From Mobula hypostoma (Eukaryota): a stretch of 64,000 bases of DNA. The DNA is taken from NCBI RefSeq assembly GCF_963921235.1, contig NC_086119.1, positions 44,144,001 to 44,208,000 of the forward strand, given 5' to 3'. The notes below the pieces were generated by a model. That model was not told the origin of the DNA. It saw only the letters and a program-made list of their open reading frames with translations, and did no database searches. Position 1 is the stretch's first letter. Each line of letters begins with the position of its first letter. The translations under genes and the position numbers were made by a program. Below are positions 49,301 to 63,300 of the stretch, piece by piece.

Positions 49301-52300
49301 TTGATTTCGGCCTGAAACAATGACTGCTTATTCCTTTCCGTAGATGCTACTTGACCAGTTGAAATCCTGCAGAATTTTGTATGTGTTTCTCTGGATTTCC
49401 AGCACTGCAGGACCCCTTGTGTTTATGAGGTACATTAAATCATGATTTGGAATTTTTGGAGACTGCTGATACTGACTTATCAGAATCAGGATTATTGTCA
49501 CTGATATATGTTGTGAAATTGGAATCTATTTTTGGCCTTAAGTTATTAAAATCTCCAGAACATATCCATGCCTTACTCTCTGGATTATCCACTTTATGGA
49601 AGGATTGGTTGGTAATCTTCACTTGCTCAATATAAAAGTTCAGGAATCCTTGGCCAGTCACTTTGATTCCCTGGATCACATCAACTTGAGAGTGATTACA
49701 ATCCACAAAACCTTCAATCCTCCCTTTTTTCTATATATATCTTGCAAAAACTTTCTGACATTATCGTGTATAAAAGAATTTATAACCGATAAACGTTTCA
49801 CACCACCACTGTAAAATACTTCTTAAAAACTTTATATGTTAAGAAATTCAACTTTCTTTTAAGGCTTTATTTGAAAAATATGTAAAATTCCATTTTTGTA
49901 CACATTTTAGAGTTTAATTAATTTTAAATATTTTATTTTACCTATCATACAGATGCTGCCCAAACACATTTCTCATAAAGGCCCTTTTTATAAAGTGGTC
50001 CAGGATGATAGGACTTCCCTTAGGAGGCAGAGACAGATAAAAGCTCCCTCTAAGTTTAAAATCTCCTTTTCAGTTCTTGCCATTTTACATGAAATACCTT
50101 ACAAACTGTAAACTGTGCCTTGATCCAGAGCCAGCTCATTTGATTCTGTAATTTAATTAATGTTAAGAACAGCATGAAGTAAACAGTCCTTTCAAATGCT
50201 GGATTTCAGCTTTTCCATATGCTTCCCCTTTAGTAGTCCAGCCTTGGGAAACTTGTCGTCTGATAATATTAGTGAGATGGTTGTGATACCTTATCTAGTA
50301 GGCAGCTGTTTGTTCTGGTTTAGGGCTGAAAGTGCAGCTGTTGTAATGGAGAAGCTGGAAGTTTCTAACTAACTCAATCCAGACCAATAGTCATGTACAG
50401 TATCTGAGGCCTGGAGTTCAGTTCAGCCATGGTCTGAAATCAGAATACCAGGATTGAATGAAGACAATAATTCTTCCAGTTAATTTTTTGTTCAGATCTG
50501 ACTTTCGCAAAGTAAGTGGGCTATGACCTCCATTAAATTGACAGAGAAAGGGGTTTTGAGGGGAGTGCACTTATCATTCAGACTAAAACAGGGCCACATT
50601 CATTTCTGCTACACTTGCTTTTTGATTCGTGTTCCAGCCTGTGTCTGTAACTATTATGGGCTTGAAAGACTCAGAAAGAATCACTGAACAGAAGCCCTTT
50701 ACCCATGCCACGGACAATTAATGAACCAAAAACAAGTCACTCTTGTTCTCTTCTCTAATCACCCAGTATTGCCTTGGGTTTCTCTCTCATGCAGCTTGTG
50801 GGCAACGAACAATATGTTACCCAAGGAAGAAAGTGGTTGTCTCTAAACTGTATGAATTAGTAAAATACAAAAATATCCCAATGCCTTTGGAATAGATGAG
50901 CACTGATGTGATCCTGATGTCTCCTAAAATGCCTCTTTACACTGTGGCCAACTGAATGATATTGTAGTAAAGAGATTGGTTCTGGAGAATGAGAACAGAG
51001 TGCAAATGGCAGGTTTAATATGATCTATTCATTCTATCTTAAATGGGCTCAAATCAGAATCAGGTTTATTAGCAGCAGTGGTGGTGGCATCCGTTAGTCT
51101 CGCGAGACCATGGATCTGCGCCCGGAAAGTCTAGCTTCAGTCTGTGTTAGAGCAATGTCTGCTGTGGCCGTAGAGTCCCGCACGCAGCAGTAGTTCAATA
51201 CAATACATGATATAGAAGAAGAAAAAAAAGTAAATGAATTACAGTATATGTAAATTGATAGATTTAAATTCATGCAAAATCAGAAATAATATATATTAAA
51301 AAAGTGAGGTAGTGTTCACAGGTTCGATGTCCATTTAGGAATCGGATGGCAGAGGGGAAGAAGCTGTTCTGGAATCATTGAGTGTGGCAGCAGAACTCTC
51401 AAATGTGGAACACCATAATTTATTACCAGCAATTCAAGTGTTCATGAAGTTTCCACAGAGTAATGACTGTTATAATGACCAACAGTAACGAATTTATAGA
51501 GCAACGTTAACAATACATCCTGAGGTGCTTCACAGGAATAAAAAAAATGTTAACACCGTCACGTAAGGAGAACTTAGAGGGGGAACAGAGGGCCCAGAAA
51601 ATTGTTCAAAGACGTAGGCTTTAAGGTGCAACGAAGAGGTAGAGTGATTTAGGGATGAATGCCCTGGGTATCTTCATGGCTAAGGAGGTGTGAGTGAGGT
51701 AAGAGATGAACATAGTTTCAAAGCTTGAAATATCCAAATGACTTGAAGGTTGGGAGGCTGGAAGAGCATTTGGGATGAGGCCAAGAAAGGATTAAAAAGA
51801 AGGATATATGCTGCTGGTTTTCTGAGACCCTTCATTAGTGGAGAAATTGAAAGTTGACTTTATGAACCCTCAATTGCTGAAATGCTCTTGTCGTATTTTT
51901 CTCTGCTAATTACCTCATGTTAGTTTGCAAGCATGTGACTGCCAGTTGGCTTTTGTTTAGAATGTCGTATCTGTATTTTCTTTATCTTGGACTGGTTTCC
52001 CAGTTTTTTTTTTGTTTCTCTGGCCCATTTTCTTCAGTGTTCAGAGTGCCAGTATTTCGCAATTTAGCGTTCCAGTTATTGTCTAATAAACTCTTCCTCG
52101 TAATCCAGAAGATATCAAAACTCCAAGTCTACAGAGCACAGTGATACGCCAAATCAAAATAAACACAGTGTCAAAAGGCAATGTTATCTTATGGTTTACA
52201 GGGTTTCCATTGTTACAGGGTTTCCATTGTAGGAAAAGAAGTAGACAGATTCTGAGGTGTTTTCCAAGGTCTAAAATGGTGGAGTCACAGAGCTGGAGCC

Positions 52301-52369
52301 GAATTTGTATGTGTGGTAATCCTATTTGCTTATGGAAGGTCTTTATCTCGTTACTCTTTTCCTATCCTA

Positions 52370-53540
52370 GTGCCTATCAAAATGCCTTTTAAATATTGTA
52401 ATTAATTTTGTCTCAACCCCCTTCCTTGGTTGCCCCTTACATATACCCACTACCCTCTGTGTGAAAAACACTTCCTATCTCTTTTAAATTTCTTCCCTCT
52501 CACCTTAAACCCATGCCCCCAGGTTTCAGACTCCTCTGACCTTGGGAAAAGGTTGACCATCTACCCTATCTATGCCCCTCATAATCTTACAAATCTTCTT
52601 GAGGTCACTCTTCAACCTCCTGTGCTCCAGTGAGAACAATCTAAGCCTAACCAATCTCTCCTTATAACTTCAGGCAATGTCCTGGTGATTCTCTTCTGCA
52701 CTCTTTCTATTGCTGCCACATCCTTCCTGTAGTGTGGTGACTAGAATTGTACGTAATACTCCAAGTAAGGCCTAACCAAAGTTTTGTACAGCTGCAACGT
52801 GATGTCTCAACTCTAATATTCAGTACCTTGGCCTATGAAGACAAGCGTACCAAATGCCTTCCACTTGAATTTGCTGAAGGTGCAACAAGAAGGGCCAATG
52901 TAGGAACAGCACATTTTATCGATTTTATCTAGGGTTTTGGCAAAATTGCACATTACATGCTGGTCGGAAGTGTAAAAGGCCAGGAATCCAAGGAAGAGTG
53001 GCAAATTGCATCCGACACCAGCTCAGTGGGAGGAAGAAGGACACTTGGAATGTGAATTTAAATTAACTTGATTACTTATATCCTTCATGTACATGAGGAG
53101 AAAAATCTTTACGTTACGTCTCCTTCTAAATGTGTAATGTGCAATTTATAGCAATTTATAATAAATAGTATGTACAATAGGACAGTCAATATAACATAGA
53201 AATACAGTTGTGGCAGCATGAATTAATCACTCTGATGGCCTGGTGGAAGAAGCTGTCCCAGAGCCTGTTGGTTCTGGCTTTAATGCTGCAGTACCCTTTC
53301 CCGGAAGGTAGCAGCTGGAACAGTTTGTGGTTGGGGTGACTCGGGTCCCCAATGATCCTTCGGGCCCTTTTTACACACCTGTCTTTGTAAATGTCCTGAA
53401 TGGTGGGAAGTTCACATCTACAGATGTGCTGGGCTGTCCGCACCACTCTCTGCAGAGTCCTGCGATTGGGGGAAGTACAGTTCCCATCCCAGGCAGAGAT
53501 GCTCTCAATTGTGCCCCTGTAGAATGTTCTTAAGGTTTAG
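52370..53540. mobile_element. CR1 fragments plus a Rex1-like 3' fragment (minus, 53060-53540)
   Basis: ORF 53186..53446 RIIGDPSHPNHKLFQLLPSG..RTNRL.DSFF.QAIR. Confidence 0.75.
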
Positions 53541-53629
53541 GGTGATGGGTGAAACTGGAAGGTCTCTAGCAGCAGAATTCGACAAAGATGTGCACAGTCC
53601 TTTTCTTTATGTAAAATATATTAATGATT

Positions 53630-56386
53630 CAGACTCAAATGATGCCATCACCAAACAAGAAACAGTCGATCCCGATGCATTTCATATTATAGTTGGGAAT
53701 TTCACTCAGGCTTGTTCGAAGAAATTTCTGCCCAATTACCAGCAGTCTGACCATGACAAAAATTTGTCTGATTGGCATTGAAGAGGAAGGCTTTACACTG
53801 TTGGAAGATTTGAACAGCCTGGACAATTGATCAGAAATATAGCAAGTGGAACTTAATCCAGAAAATTTTGAGGAGGTGCTACAAAGCAAGGGAGTATGTA
53901 AGAACTGATGAGGAGATTCAGTGTTGTGAAGCAATAAAGGGAATTTGTACATCTGCAAAATCTCAATTGTCCAGGATAATCTGCAGTTTACATTCCACCA
54001 GCGGCTGACTATAATCAAGCACTTCAGATACTGCATGATGCCGTGACCAAGCAAGAAACAGTCCATCCTGATGTATTTAATTTCATAGTCAGGGATTTCA
54101 ACCAGGCTTGTCTGAAGAAATCCCTGCCCAATTACCATCAGCAAGTACCCTGTAGCACCTGTCCCAACACACTAGACCACTGTTATACTAAGATGAGGAA
54201 TGCCCACTATTTCATGGCCAGACCATATTTTGGGAAATCTGCTCATCTGGCTGCCTTTCTACTACCTACGTACAGGCAGAGGCTAAAAAGCAAGGCTCCA
54301 GAGGTAAGGGCGGCAGGGAGGCAGAGGAGTGGCAATGGAATTGCTTCAAGTCGGTGGATACACCATGGCTGTCATGGATTTTATATAAACAGTTGTAGAT
54401 GAGTGTATTCCCACAAAATCATTCAGCGTCTTCCTCAACGAGAAGTCCTGGATGAATTATGAGGTCCACAGTTTGCTGAGGGCCAGATCAGAGGCATTCA
54501 AGTCTGGTGATCAAGAGCGTTACAAGAAGTCCAGGTCCCATCTCACGGGCAAAGTGGCAATTCCAGACTAAACATGAAACAGTGACAGATGCTCGACAGT
54601 TGTGGCAGGACTTGAATGCTATAAAGTTAAACCTTGCGACAGGGCTTTGCTTCCAGATGAGCTCAATACCTTCGGTGTTCACTAAACCATCATGAACTCC
54701 CACAGCCCCCGACGATCGTGTGATTTCAGTCTCTGAAGCGGATGTGCGAGCGGTCTTCAGGAGGGTGAATCCATGGAAAGCATCCAGCCCAGATGGAGTA
54801 CCTGGCCACATACTGAATACCTGTGCAAGCCAACTGGCTGGAGTGTTCACTCAAATCTTTAACCTCTTGCTTTGGCAGTCTGAGGTACCCACCTGTTACA
54901 AGCAGGTTTCATTTGTAACAGTGCCTAAGAAGAACATGATGACCTGCCTTAATGACTATCGTCCAGTAGCACTTAAATCCAAAGTGATGATGTGTTTTGA
55001 GAGGTTGATGATGAAACCTATCTCCTGCCTGAGAAGTTACTTGGATCTGCTCCAGTTTGCCTACCAGCACAACAGGTCCCCAGCAGATGCCATTTCTTTG
55101 GCTCCTCACTCAACCCTGGAACGTTTGGACAGCAAAGATGCATACATCAGTGTGCTCTTTATCAGCTACAGCTCAGCATTCAATACTATCATCTCCTCGA
55201 AACTAATCGGTAAGCTTCAAGACCTTGGCCTCAATACCCCCTAGTGCAATTGGATCCTCGATTCCCTCAGTCGCAGACCCCAGTCAGCTCAGATTGGCAA
55301 CAACAGTTCCTCCATGATCTCGAGCAGCGCAGGCACGCCACAAGGCTGTGTGTTTAACCCCCACTTATGACCGTGTAGTTAAGCACAGCTACAGTGTCTT
55401 CAGTGTTTGCTAATGACACCATTTTGTTGGCCGAATCAAAGATGGTGATGAATCAGCATATAGGAGGGAGATCGCAAATCTGGCTGAGTGGTGCCACAAC
55501 AACCTCTCTCTCAATGTCAGCAGGACCAAGGAGATGGTTATTGACTTCAGGAGGAGGAAATCAGAGGTGCGTGAGCCAGTCCTCTTTGGGGGAATCGGAG
55601 GTGGAGAGGGTCAGCACCTTAAATTCCTCGGTGTTATCATTTCAGGGAACCTGTCCTGGGCCCAGCACGTATGTGCAATTACGAAGAAAGCACCACAGCA
55701 CCTCTACTTCCGTAGAAGTTTGCAAAGATTCAGCATGACATCTAAAACTTTGACAAACTTCTATAGATATGTGGTGGAGGGTATATTGACTGGCTGTATC
55801 ACATCCTGGTATGGAAACTCCAATGCCCTTGAATGGAAAACCCTACAAAAACTAGTGGATATCGCTGAGTCCATCACAGGTAAAGCCCTCCCCACCATTG
55901 AGCACATCTACACGAAGAAGCAGCATCCATCATCAGGGATCCCACCGCACAGGTCAAGCTCTCTTCTTGCTGCTGCCATCAGGAAGAAGGTACAGGAACC
56001 TAAGGACTCATACCACCATGTTCAGGGACAGTTATTACCCATCAACCATGAGACACTTGAACTTAAAAGGATAACTTCACTCAACTTCACTTGTCCCATC
56101 ACCGAACTGTTCCCGCAGCCTATGAACTCACTTTGAAGGACTCTTCATCTCATGTTCTCGATATTTATTACTTATTTATTGTTGTTATTATTATTACTTT
56201 ATTTTTGTATGAGCAGTTTGTTGCCATTGCATACTGGTTGTCTGCCCAGTTGGTGCAGTCTTTCATTGATTCTATTATGGTTACTGGATTTATTGTGTAT
56301 GCCCACAGGAAAATGAATCTCAGGGTTGTATATAGTGACAGATATGTACCTCGACAATAAATTTACTTTGAAGTTTGAACTTTGAA
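53630..56386 (+). mobile_element. Long decayed Rex1/Babar-like LINE (endonuclease end, RT, C-terminus, tail)
   Basis: ORFs 54043..54402 (RDFNQ..LDHCY), 54720..55244 (KASSPDGVPG..LNDYRPVAL), 55534..56136; AATAAA plus (TTTGAAC)n tail. Confidence 0.9.
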
Positions 56387-59300
56387 GGTAAATAAGTTGG
56401 TTAAAACAGCACATGTGTTAATGTCCTTTATAGGACCAGGCCACATCTACTGTATGACATATAGTTCTAGTCAGCACTGCGCGAAGAGATCGAGGAGGGT
56501 CCAGAGGTAGTTTACAAAATTAGCCTGTGAGTGAAGATTAGAACAGAGGCTGAAATGAGACTTGAGGTATCTAGACAGAACAAACAGGAAGCAACAATTT
56601 TTCCTTAGCAGAGGGATCCACAACTAGGGGCTTTGGTTTAATATATTCAGGGGTTACCTTACTCCTCAATCCCTTGGCCCCATGAGGAGATTGCCCCATC
56701 TTCAACCTCCCCTCCTCTGCTGGAATATTTTTATGCTTATCTTTCGTAGAACTCATTCTCCATTTGCCGGATCTCCTGCCCGGTATCCATGCCAGAAGTA
56801 GTTTCAGTCAAAGTCACTGATGACATCCCATGAGATTGCGAGGAAAGAAATTCTCTCCCTAGATCCTCCTCGATTTGCCTGTGGTTTAATTGTGAATGAG
56901 AAGCAGGCTAGCTTGTATCTCGGCTCGGAATGTTTCCGCTCATTGTGTTTAAGGTTTGGCTTTCAACATCCCCTGTGGTGAGAGTGGCTGGTTAACCTAC
57001 CCTGGGGACACCTCCAGTTCCTCATTGACTTCTACCCCTGCATCACCCCACTTTCCCCCGCAACAACCTGCCAATCACCCAATCATCCTCCCTTCTCGCC
57101 CATTGTCCAACCTACCCCTCCACCCACTGACTGCTGATCTGTTCTACCTCCCACCATTTGCCTGCGCTATTCATCTATTGATCACTCAACAAACCACCCA
57201 CCTGACGATCACCCGATCAGCCACCTATCCTCCCAGCCACTGATCACTCAACCATCCTCTCTAACTAATGATTACCCAAGAACTCCCAGACACTAATCCC
57301 CTTACCTGACTAGTATTGCCCCCTGCCCAGTCATCACCAATTGCTGACAGGTAACCCTGCCCACTGCACACCCTTCTGATGCACCACTTACCTGGCCCTG
57401 CCTTTAGCCAGACTCTCTCCTTCCCGTGCTTCGACGCACAAGAAGGCCTACCCTCCCTCTGAGTTGATCCAGCAGCATCCAATGTTTCCTTGGACTTCCA
57501 GGTGCCAAAATGGTCTTTGTCCGCGACTGCTTACCTCTCCTCTGCAAGCGGTAAGAAAATACTAGGACTGTATGATGGCCTTTCTTAAGGAGGGCACTTG
57601 AGCAAATTATCACCTCCAATCAGATGATGCAACAGATGCCATTTAATTTTTATTTTATATAATTGATTGAAACCATACTTTGATGGTTGATACTTCTACT
57701 GTTGAGCTGTCATTTAACGCATAAAGTTGTAATTTCTACATCTGCTGCCTCACGGGGAGGTCAGTAGTCATGGCACAACCAGAGATCTGGCAGAAGGTAT
57801 TGTTTTCCATTATTCTATTTATCATTTAACTGTAAACATTCTTGGCCTCTATGTTCCTGACTATTCCTGCAAGTGACTCAATACTCCTGGGCTTGCCAAG
57901 TGTTTTTAATTAGCAGGATACCATGGTAAAATTCTTAATGACTGATGATCAACCAATAAACCTATTTTAGATTCACCACAAGGTCAGGAGTGTTCGTATC
58001 TTTAAAACAGGATCAGCTGAGCATTACGCTATTTTTACTTGAGCTTTAACTGCTAAATTCTGTTAAATAGTTGCAGATAAGATAATCTTGTGGCCCTAGA
58101 GGCCCCAGTTTTGATTCTTGTACTGAGAGTTATCTGAGTGGAGCTTGCTTGTTTTCACCGTGACCACGCAAAGAGACCTGCTGAAGGGTCTCGGCCCGAA
58201 ACGTGACTGTTTACTCTTTTCCATAGATGCTGCCTGGCCTGCTGGGTTCCTCCAGCATTTTGTGAGTGTCACTTGGATTTCCAGCATCTGCAGATTTTCT
58301 CTTGTTTGTGACGCAAGTTTCGGTTGGGTTCTCTGGATTCTTCCGCACCCCGAGGATGTGCTGTGGGCCTCAGTGGCTATTTCCAATGAGCCCCTTATAA
58401 TGGTATCTGGTAAACTTAACAAGGAGGTGGTAGATATTTATAAGAAGGAATAGATTGCAGAGGTTCAAGGAACTAAGGAGAAGAGGAATGTGATTGATTT
58501 TCCTTATTGTTCAAAAATCAAATTCAGCACTCTATGGGAGAGAATTCCAAAGGGTTGCAGTCCTTGGGCAGTAAGAATTTGCTCCTCAGCTGAGTTCAAA
58601 ATCCTCCAGGAGCTCTGCAGCCTTGTTTTAGGGTTTGGAAGGCTTGCTTACCTCAGTGACCCAGAGAGCAATGTTGACTGGAGCCAGGGCTTTCAAGCTT
58701 GGGCTGTTGGTAGGGTCAGCCATGCCAAACAGGTCAAAGGGTGGGGGCCAAACTAAGAGTGGTCCAGTGGTCCTTCAGCTTCAGGGGTTCAGCTCAGGGC
58801 TAACAATCCTGACTGGTCAACAGCAATGAAGAATCCTTCTATGCAGACAGAGGTGGAGGACCTTCATTGCTGCCCTAAACGCTAGTGGTGTAACTAACTA
58901 CTGAGTCGAAAGCGGCTGGTCCCTTGTCCTGGACCCCTTACTCCAGCTGAGAAACCTACATCCTGGAATCATCTCTTATTTTTATGAAGATCAATCTTAT
59001 TCCATCTCTGCTTATCATATAACCCTGTCATCCCAGGAAACAATCTATTGAGTCTGTACCGCCTTGGTTCCAGACAAGTTTATTCACCTGGATACTGGAT
59101 TACAGAACTCCAGTTTGGTTCCTGCATCCACATGATTGGAAGTCTCCCAATGGTTTTCATGCCATTCTGAAAATTGGACCTGGCATTCCTGGAGAGATTC
59201 ACTGAGCATGCCTGTGCCAGTTTCACAAGGGAAGGGGTTTATGAGAATATTGCGAGAGTACAAAAATTGCAGCCAAGATTGCTTTCCTTGGACCAGAGAA

Positions 59301-60009
59301 GGTTGAAGGAAGACTTGATTGTGGTGTACAAGGGATTATGGATGACTTAGAGGAAGGATCTGTTCCCCTTAAGAGTCAGAGAGATTAATATCAGAGCAGT
59401 TGGAAGAGGTATTAGAAGGGAAAGGAGGCTGGAACTTATTCTCTGAGAAGATGGTCAAGGCAGAAAGCCTCATCACATTTGAACTGTACTTGGATGTGTA
59501 TGTGAAGCGCCATTACCTGCAGGGCTTCACACAGACTGCTACTGGGAGAATGGATAAGGGTGGAGCGCTTTTCTGTGACCAGCATAGACAGGATGGGCTG
59601 AATGGCCTCCATCTATGACGCACATTCTCTCCAATTCTACTGAAGTTACACCAACTTGTCCTAGGACTATAGTTGAACACTCCCAGGAGAGTTAGGTTTT
59701 AATACCTTAGTAATGGATTGGGATCACTATATCATCACCAATCACCAAGGCACCAAATCCATTATTTTTGATCCCTCAACCCATGCTCCTATCTAGGTCC
59801 AGGTGCCAATCCCAGCCCTGATCTCCAGTCATTTACTAGTCTCTGCTTCCCCACCTGCCGAGCCTAATCTTTAAGCCAGGCCTACCTCCTGATCCGCTCC
59901 TAGCTTTGATGTATCTGCTGGATACAACTACGCTTTAACCACATTTACCTTGTTCTCTGAATCCAGGCCTTGATCCACAGCTTACAGCCACCCCTGCCCC
60001 GCTCCTGGA

Positions 60010-60870
60010 CATTAACTTTGTTGATTTTAGGCCTTTCCCGTGTAGCTTAGGCTTTATGCTTGGGTTCATTGTCTTCCTGGAAGTCAAATCTTCTCCCAGG
60101 TCGCAGTTCTCTTGCAGACTGCATCAGGTTTTCCTCCAGGATTTCCATGCATTTTACCCCCTACCTTTACAAGACTTCCAGGGCCTGCTGCAGTGAAGCA
60201 TCCCCACAGCATGATGCAGCCACCACCATGCTTCACGGTGGGGATCATGTGCTTTTGACGATATGTGGTGTTTGGCTTACTCCAAACATAGCGTTTAGTC
60301 TGATGGCCAAAAACCTCAATTTTAGTTTCATCAAACCATAGAACTTCTTCCAGCTGATTTCAGAGTCTCCCACATGCCTTCTGGCAAACTCTAGCTGAGA
60401 TTTCATGTGGGCTTTTTACAGCAGTGGCTTTCTCTTTGCCACTGTCCCATAAAGCTGTGACTGATGAAACACCCAGGCAACATCTCTGCTATCTCAGCTG
60501 CTGAAGTTTGTAACTCCTCCAGAGTTGTCGTAGACCTCTTGATGGCCTCCCTCACTAGTCCTCTTCTTCCATGTTCACTCAGGTTTTGAGAATGGCTTGC
60601 TCTAGGCAGATTTACAGCTGGGCCATATTCTTTCTATTTCTTGATGATTGACGTAACTGTAGACCAAGGGATATTCAGTGACTTGAAAATTTTCTTGTAT
60701 CCATTTCCTGACTTGTGCTTTTCAATAACCTTTTCATGGGGCTGCTTGGAGTGTTCTTTTGTCTTCATGGTGTAGTTGTTACCAGGTTACTGACTCACCA
60801 TCAGTTGGACTTTCCAGATACAGGTGTATTTGTACTAAAGTCAATTGAAACACCTGGACTGCACACAGGT
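60010..60870 (-). mobile_element. Tc1/mariner transposase relic
   Basis: Minus strand reads [16 protein letters not shown]; Tc1-type upstream sequence. Confidence 0.85.
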
Positions 60871-60959
60871 CTTTGTACCTACTGCTGCTGTAAATAACAG
60901 TATTCACACCATATGAGTCAGTGATAATAAACCATGACAGGAACTCCTTTGGGACAGGA

Positions 60960-61450
60960 AGTAAGCCCGCAGAAATGGTGACTACAGCCTAGTCCATCAC
61001 GAGCAAAGCTCTTCTCGCCATTGAGCAATTTACAAAGAGTGCCACCACAAAAGAATCATTAAGGACCCCCACTATCCATGCCATGCTGTCTTCTCGCTTC
61101 TACCATCGGGCAGGAAGTACAGGAGCCTAAGGTCGCACACCAGCAGGTTCAGGAAGAATTATCATCCCACAACCATCAGGCTTCTGAAACAAATGTGGAT
61201 AACTTCAGTCACCTCAACTTTTAACTGATTCCACAACCTGCAGACTCATTTCAAGGACTCTATGTTCTCAGTATTTGTTTTATTTCCACAATTCGTCTTT
61301 CTTTTGCACATTGGTTATTTGTCAGTTTTAGTTTACTCACTGCTTTCAATAATTCCATTGTATTTCTTTATTTTCCTGAAAATGCCTGCGAGAAAATTAA
61401 TCTCAAGTTAGTGTATGGTACTTTGATAATAAATTTACTTTGACTTTGAA
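60960..61450 (+). mobile_element. Rex1-like LINE 3' fragment
   Basis: IIKDPHYP.HAVFSLLPSGRKYRSL..HTSRF; AATAAA tail. Confidence 0.75.
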
Positions 61451-62937
61451 ATGTATTAATGGCGTTGGGCGTGTCCGAACGACTAAGCTCGAGAGGATAG
61501 GCCTGAGCACATAATCAGCTGGGTACTTGTGAGGAAACTGAGCTCTGGGCTCCCATCAGAGCAGTCACCGTTCTGCTGACTCAAGTCTTCAGCACTGAAT
61601 CCACGCAGTTACTGAATGGGGATTGTGTGTGGAATTCCAACACCCCCTTTCTCTGTCTCCATGGCAACCTGGCAGGAGTATTGATGGTAAAAGCGCTTTC
61701 AGCTGTGGTTTTATTCGTGTCCTTCCAATCCCTTTTCTGCAGTGACCGCTCGGGCTCCCACAGAGAGAGTTACAGTGTACAGTACAGTCGTGTCAAGACA
61801 CTCCCATTTGGCTCGGTTGCTCTGCCCACTGGTTCAGTATTACATATGGTCAAGTACTAATTGTACCAGTCCATTGACTTGCCAAAAATATCTTCAGAAT
61901 TAGCGTCAGGTTTAATATTACCGGCATATGTTGTGAAATTTGTTGTCTATGCGGCAGCAGTACAATATAATACATAATAATAGAAAAAACATGTGAACTA
62001 CAATAAGTGTGTGCGTGCATATATATAATAAACTAAATAAGTAATACAAAAATAAAAATAATAAAGTAGTGAGGTAACAACACACAAAAAATACTGGAGG
62101 AACTCAGCAGGCCGGGCAGCATCTATGGAAAATAGTAAACAGTCGATGCTTCGGGCTGAGACCCTTCGTCAGGACTGAAACAAAAAGGGCGAGGAGTCAG
62201 AGTTAGAAGCTGGGGCGGGTGGGGGGGGGGGAAGAAACACAAGGTGATAGGCGAAGCCCGGGGAGAGGGGTAGTGAGGTAGTGTTCATGGGTTCATTGTC
62301 CATTCAAAAATTGAATGGCAGAGGGGAAGAAGCCGTCTCTGAATAGTTGAGCGTGTGCCTTCAGGCTCCTGTACCTGCTTCCTGATGGTAGCTACGAGAA
62401 CAAGACATGACCTGGGTGAAGCTTAAACAGAAGCTTTAGATTCTGAAATAGCTTAAAATAATAAACAGGTAACAATCTGAACTCATTTAATTCACTTGTA
62501 CAATATAATCCTTGCTACAGTATGTTTGGGCGGAGTGCTTGTGCATTTTGAGACTACCTCTCTATTATAAAACTATCTATCACACAGTCATACCTGTGGT
62601 TGCTCAATTGTAGTACAACTGGGAGTTTTAAACCCAGCAGGTCTCCAGAACTCTGCCTGATAAAGCATTGATATATCCAGCTTTGTTTAACCTACATAGG
62701 CCAAGGCAAGGCAGAGAGAGTAATAGGCAAATACAAAAGGCTTTTTTTGTTTGCTGAATCTGTGCTGATCAATAAGCACTCATGTATATCTTTATCCTCC
62801 CTATGTTGCCATCAACTCCCCCACTCAGCTACATACCAGTGGCAATTCACCACATTTACCTGCTGTATCCCGTCTTGCTGAGCTCACCAACCTGTTTCAG
62901 CTCCCAGTGATGTCACACCATGTCTTTAGAATTCTTG

Positions 62938-63300
62938 GCAACGCACACAAAATGCTGGAGGATCTCAGCAGGCCAGGCAGCATCTATGGAAATGAATAGT
63001 GAGTCGACGTTTCGGGCCGAGACCCATCTTCGGGACTGAGAAGGAAGGGGGAGGATGCCAGCATGAAAAGTTTTGAGGGGAGGGTGAGAAGGCTAGCTGG
63101 AAGGTGATAGGTGAAGCTAGGTGGGTGGGGAAGGTCAAGGGCTGGAGAAGAAGGAATCTGATAGGAGAAGCAGGTGGACCATAGGAGAAAGGGAAGGAGG
63201 AGGGGACCCAGGGGTAAGCAATAGGCAAGTGAGGAGAGATAAAAGATCAGAGTAGGGAACAGCAGGTGGGGGTTAATGTGCTTACCAGAAAGAGAAAAAA
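62938..63300 (-). mobile_element. Penelope-derived terminal repeat with degenerate hammerhead (another at 62078-62270)
   Basis: Same family as 33090-33480. Confidence 0.75.

Noticed and set aside
61588-61610. REST/RE1-like TTCAGCAC
   Set aside because: Only the left half-site matches
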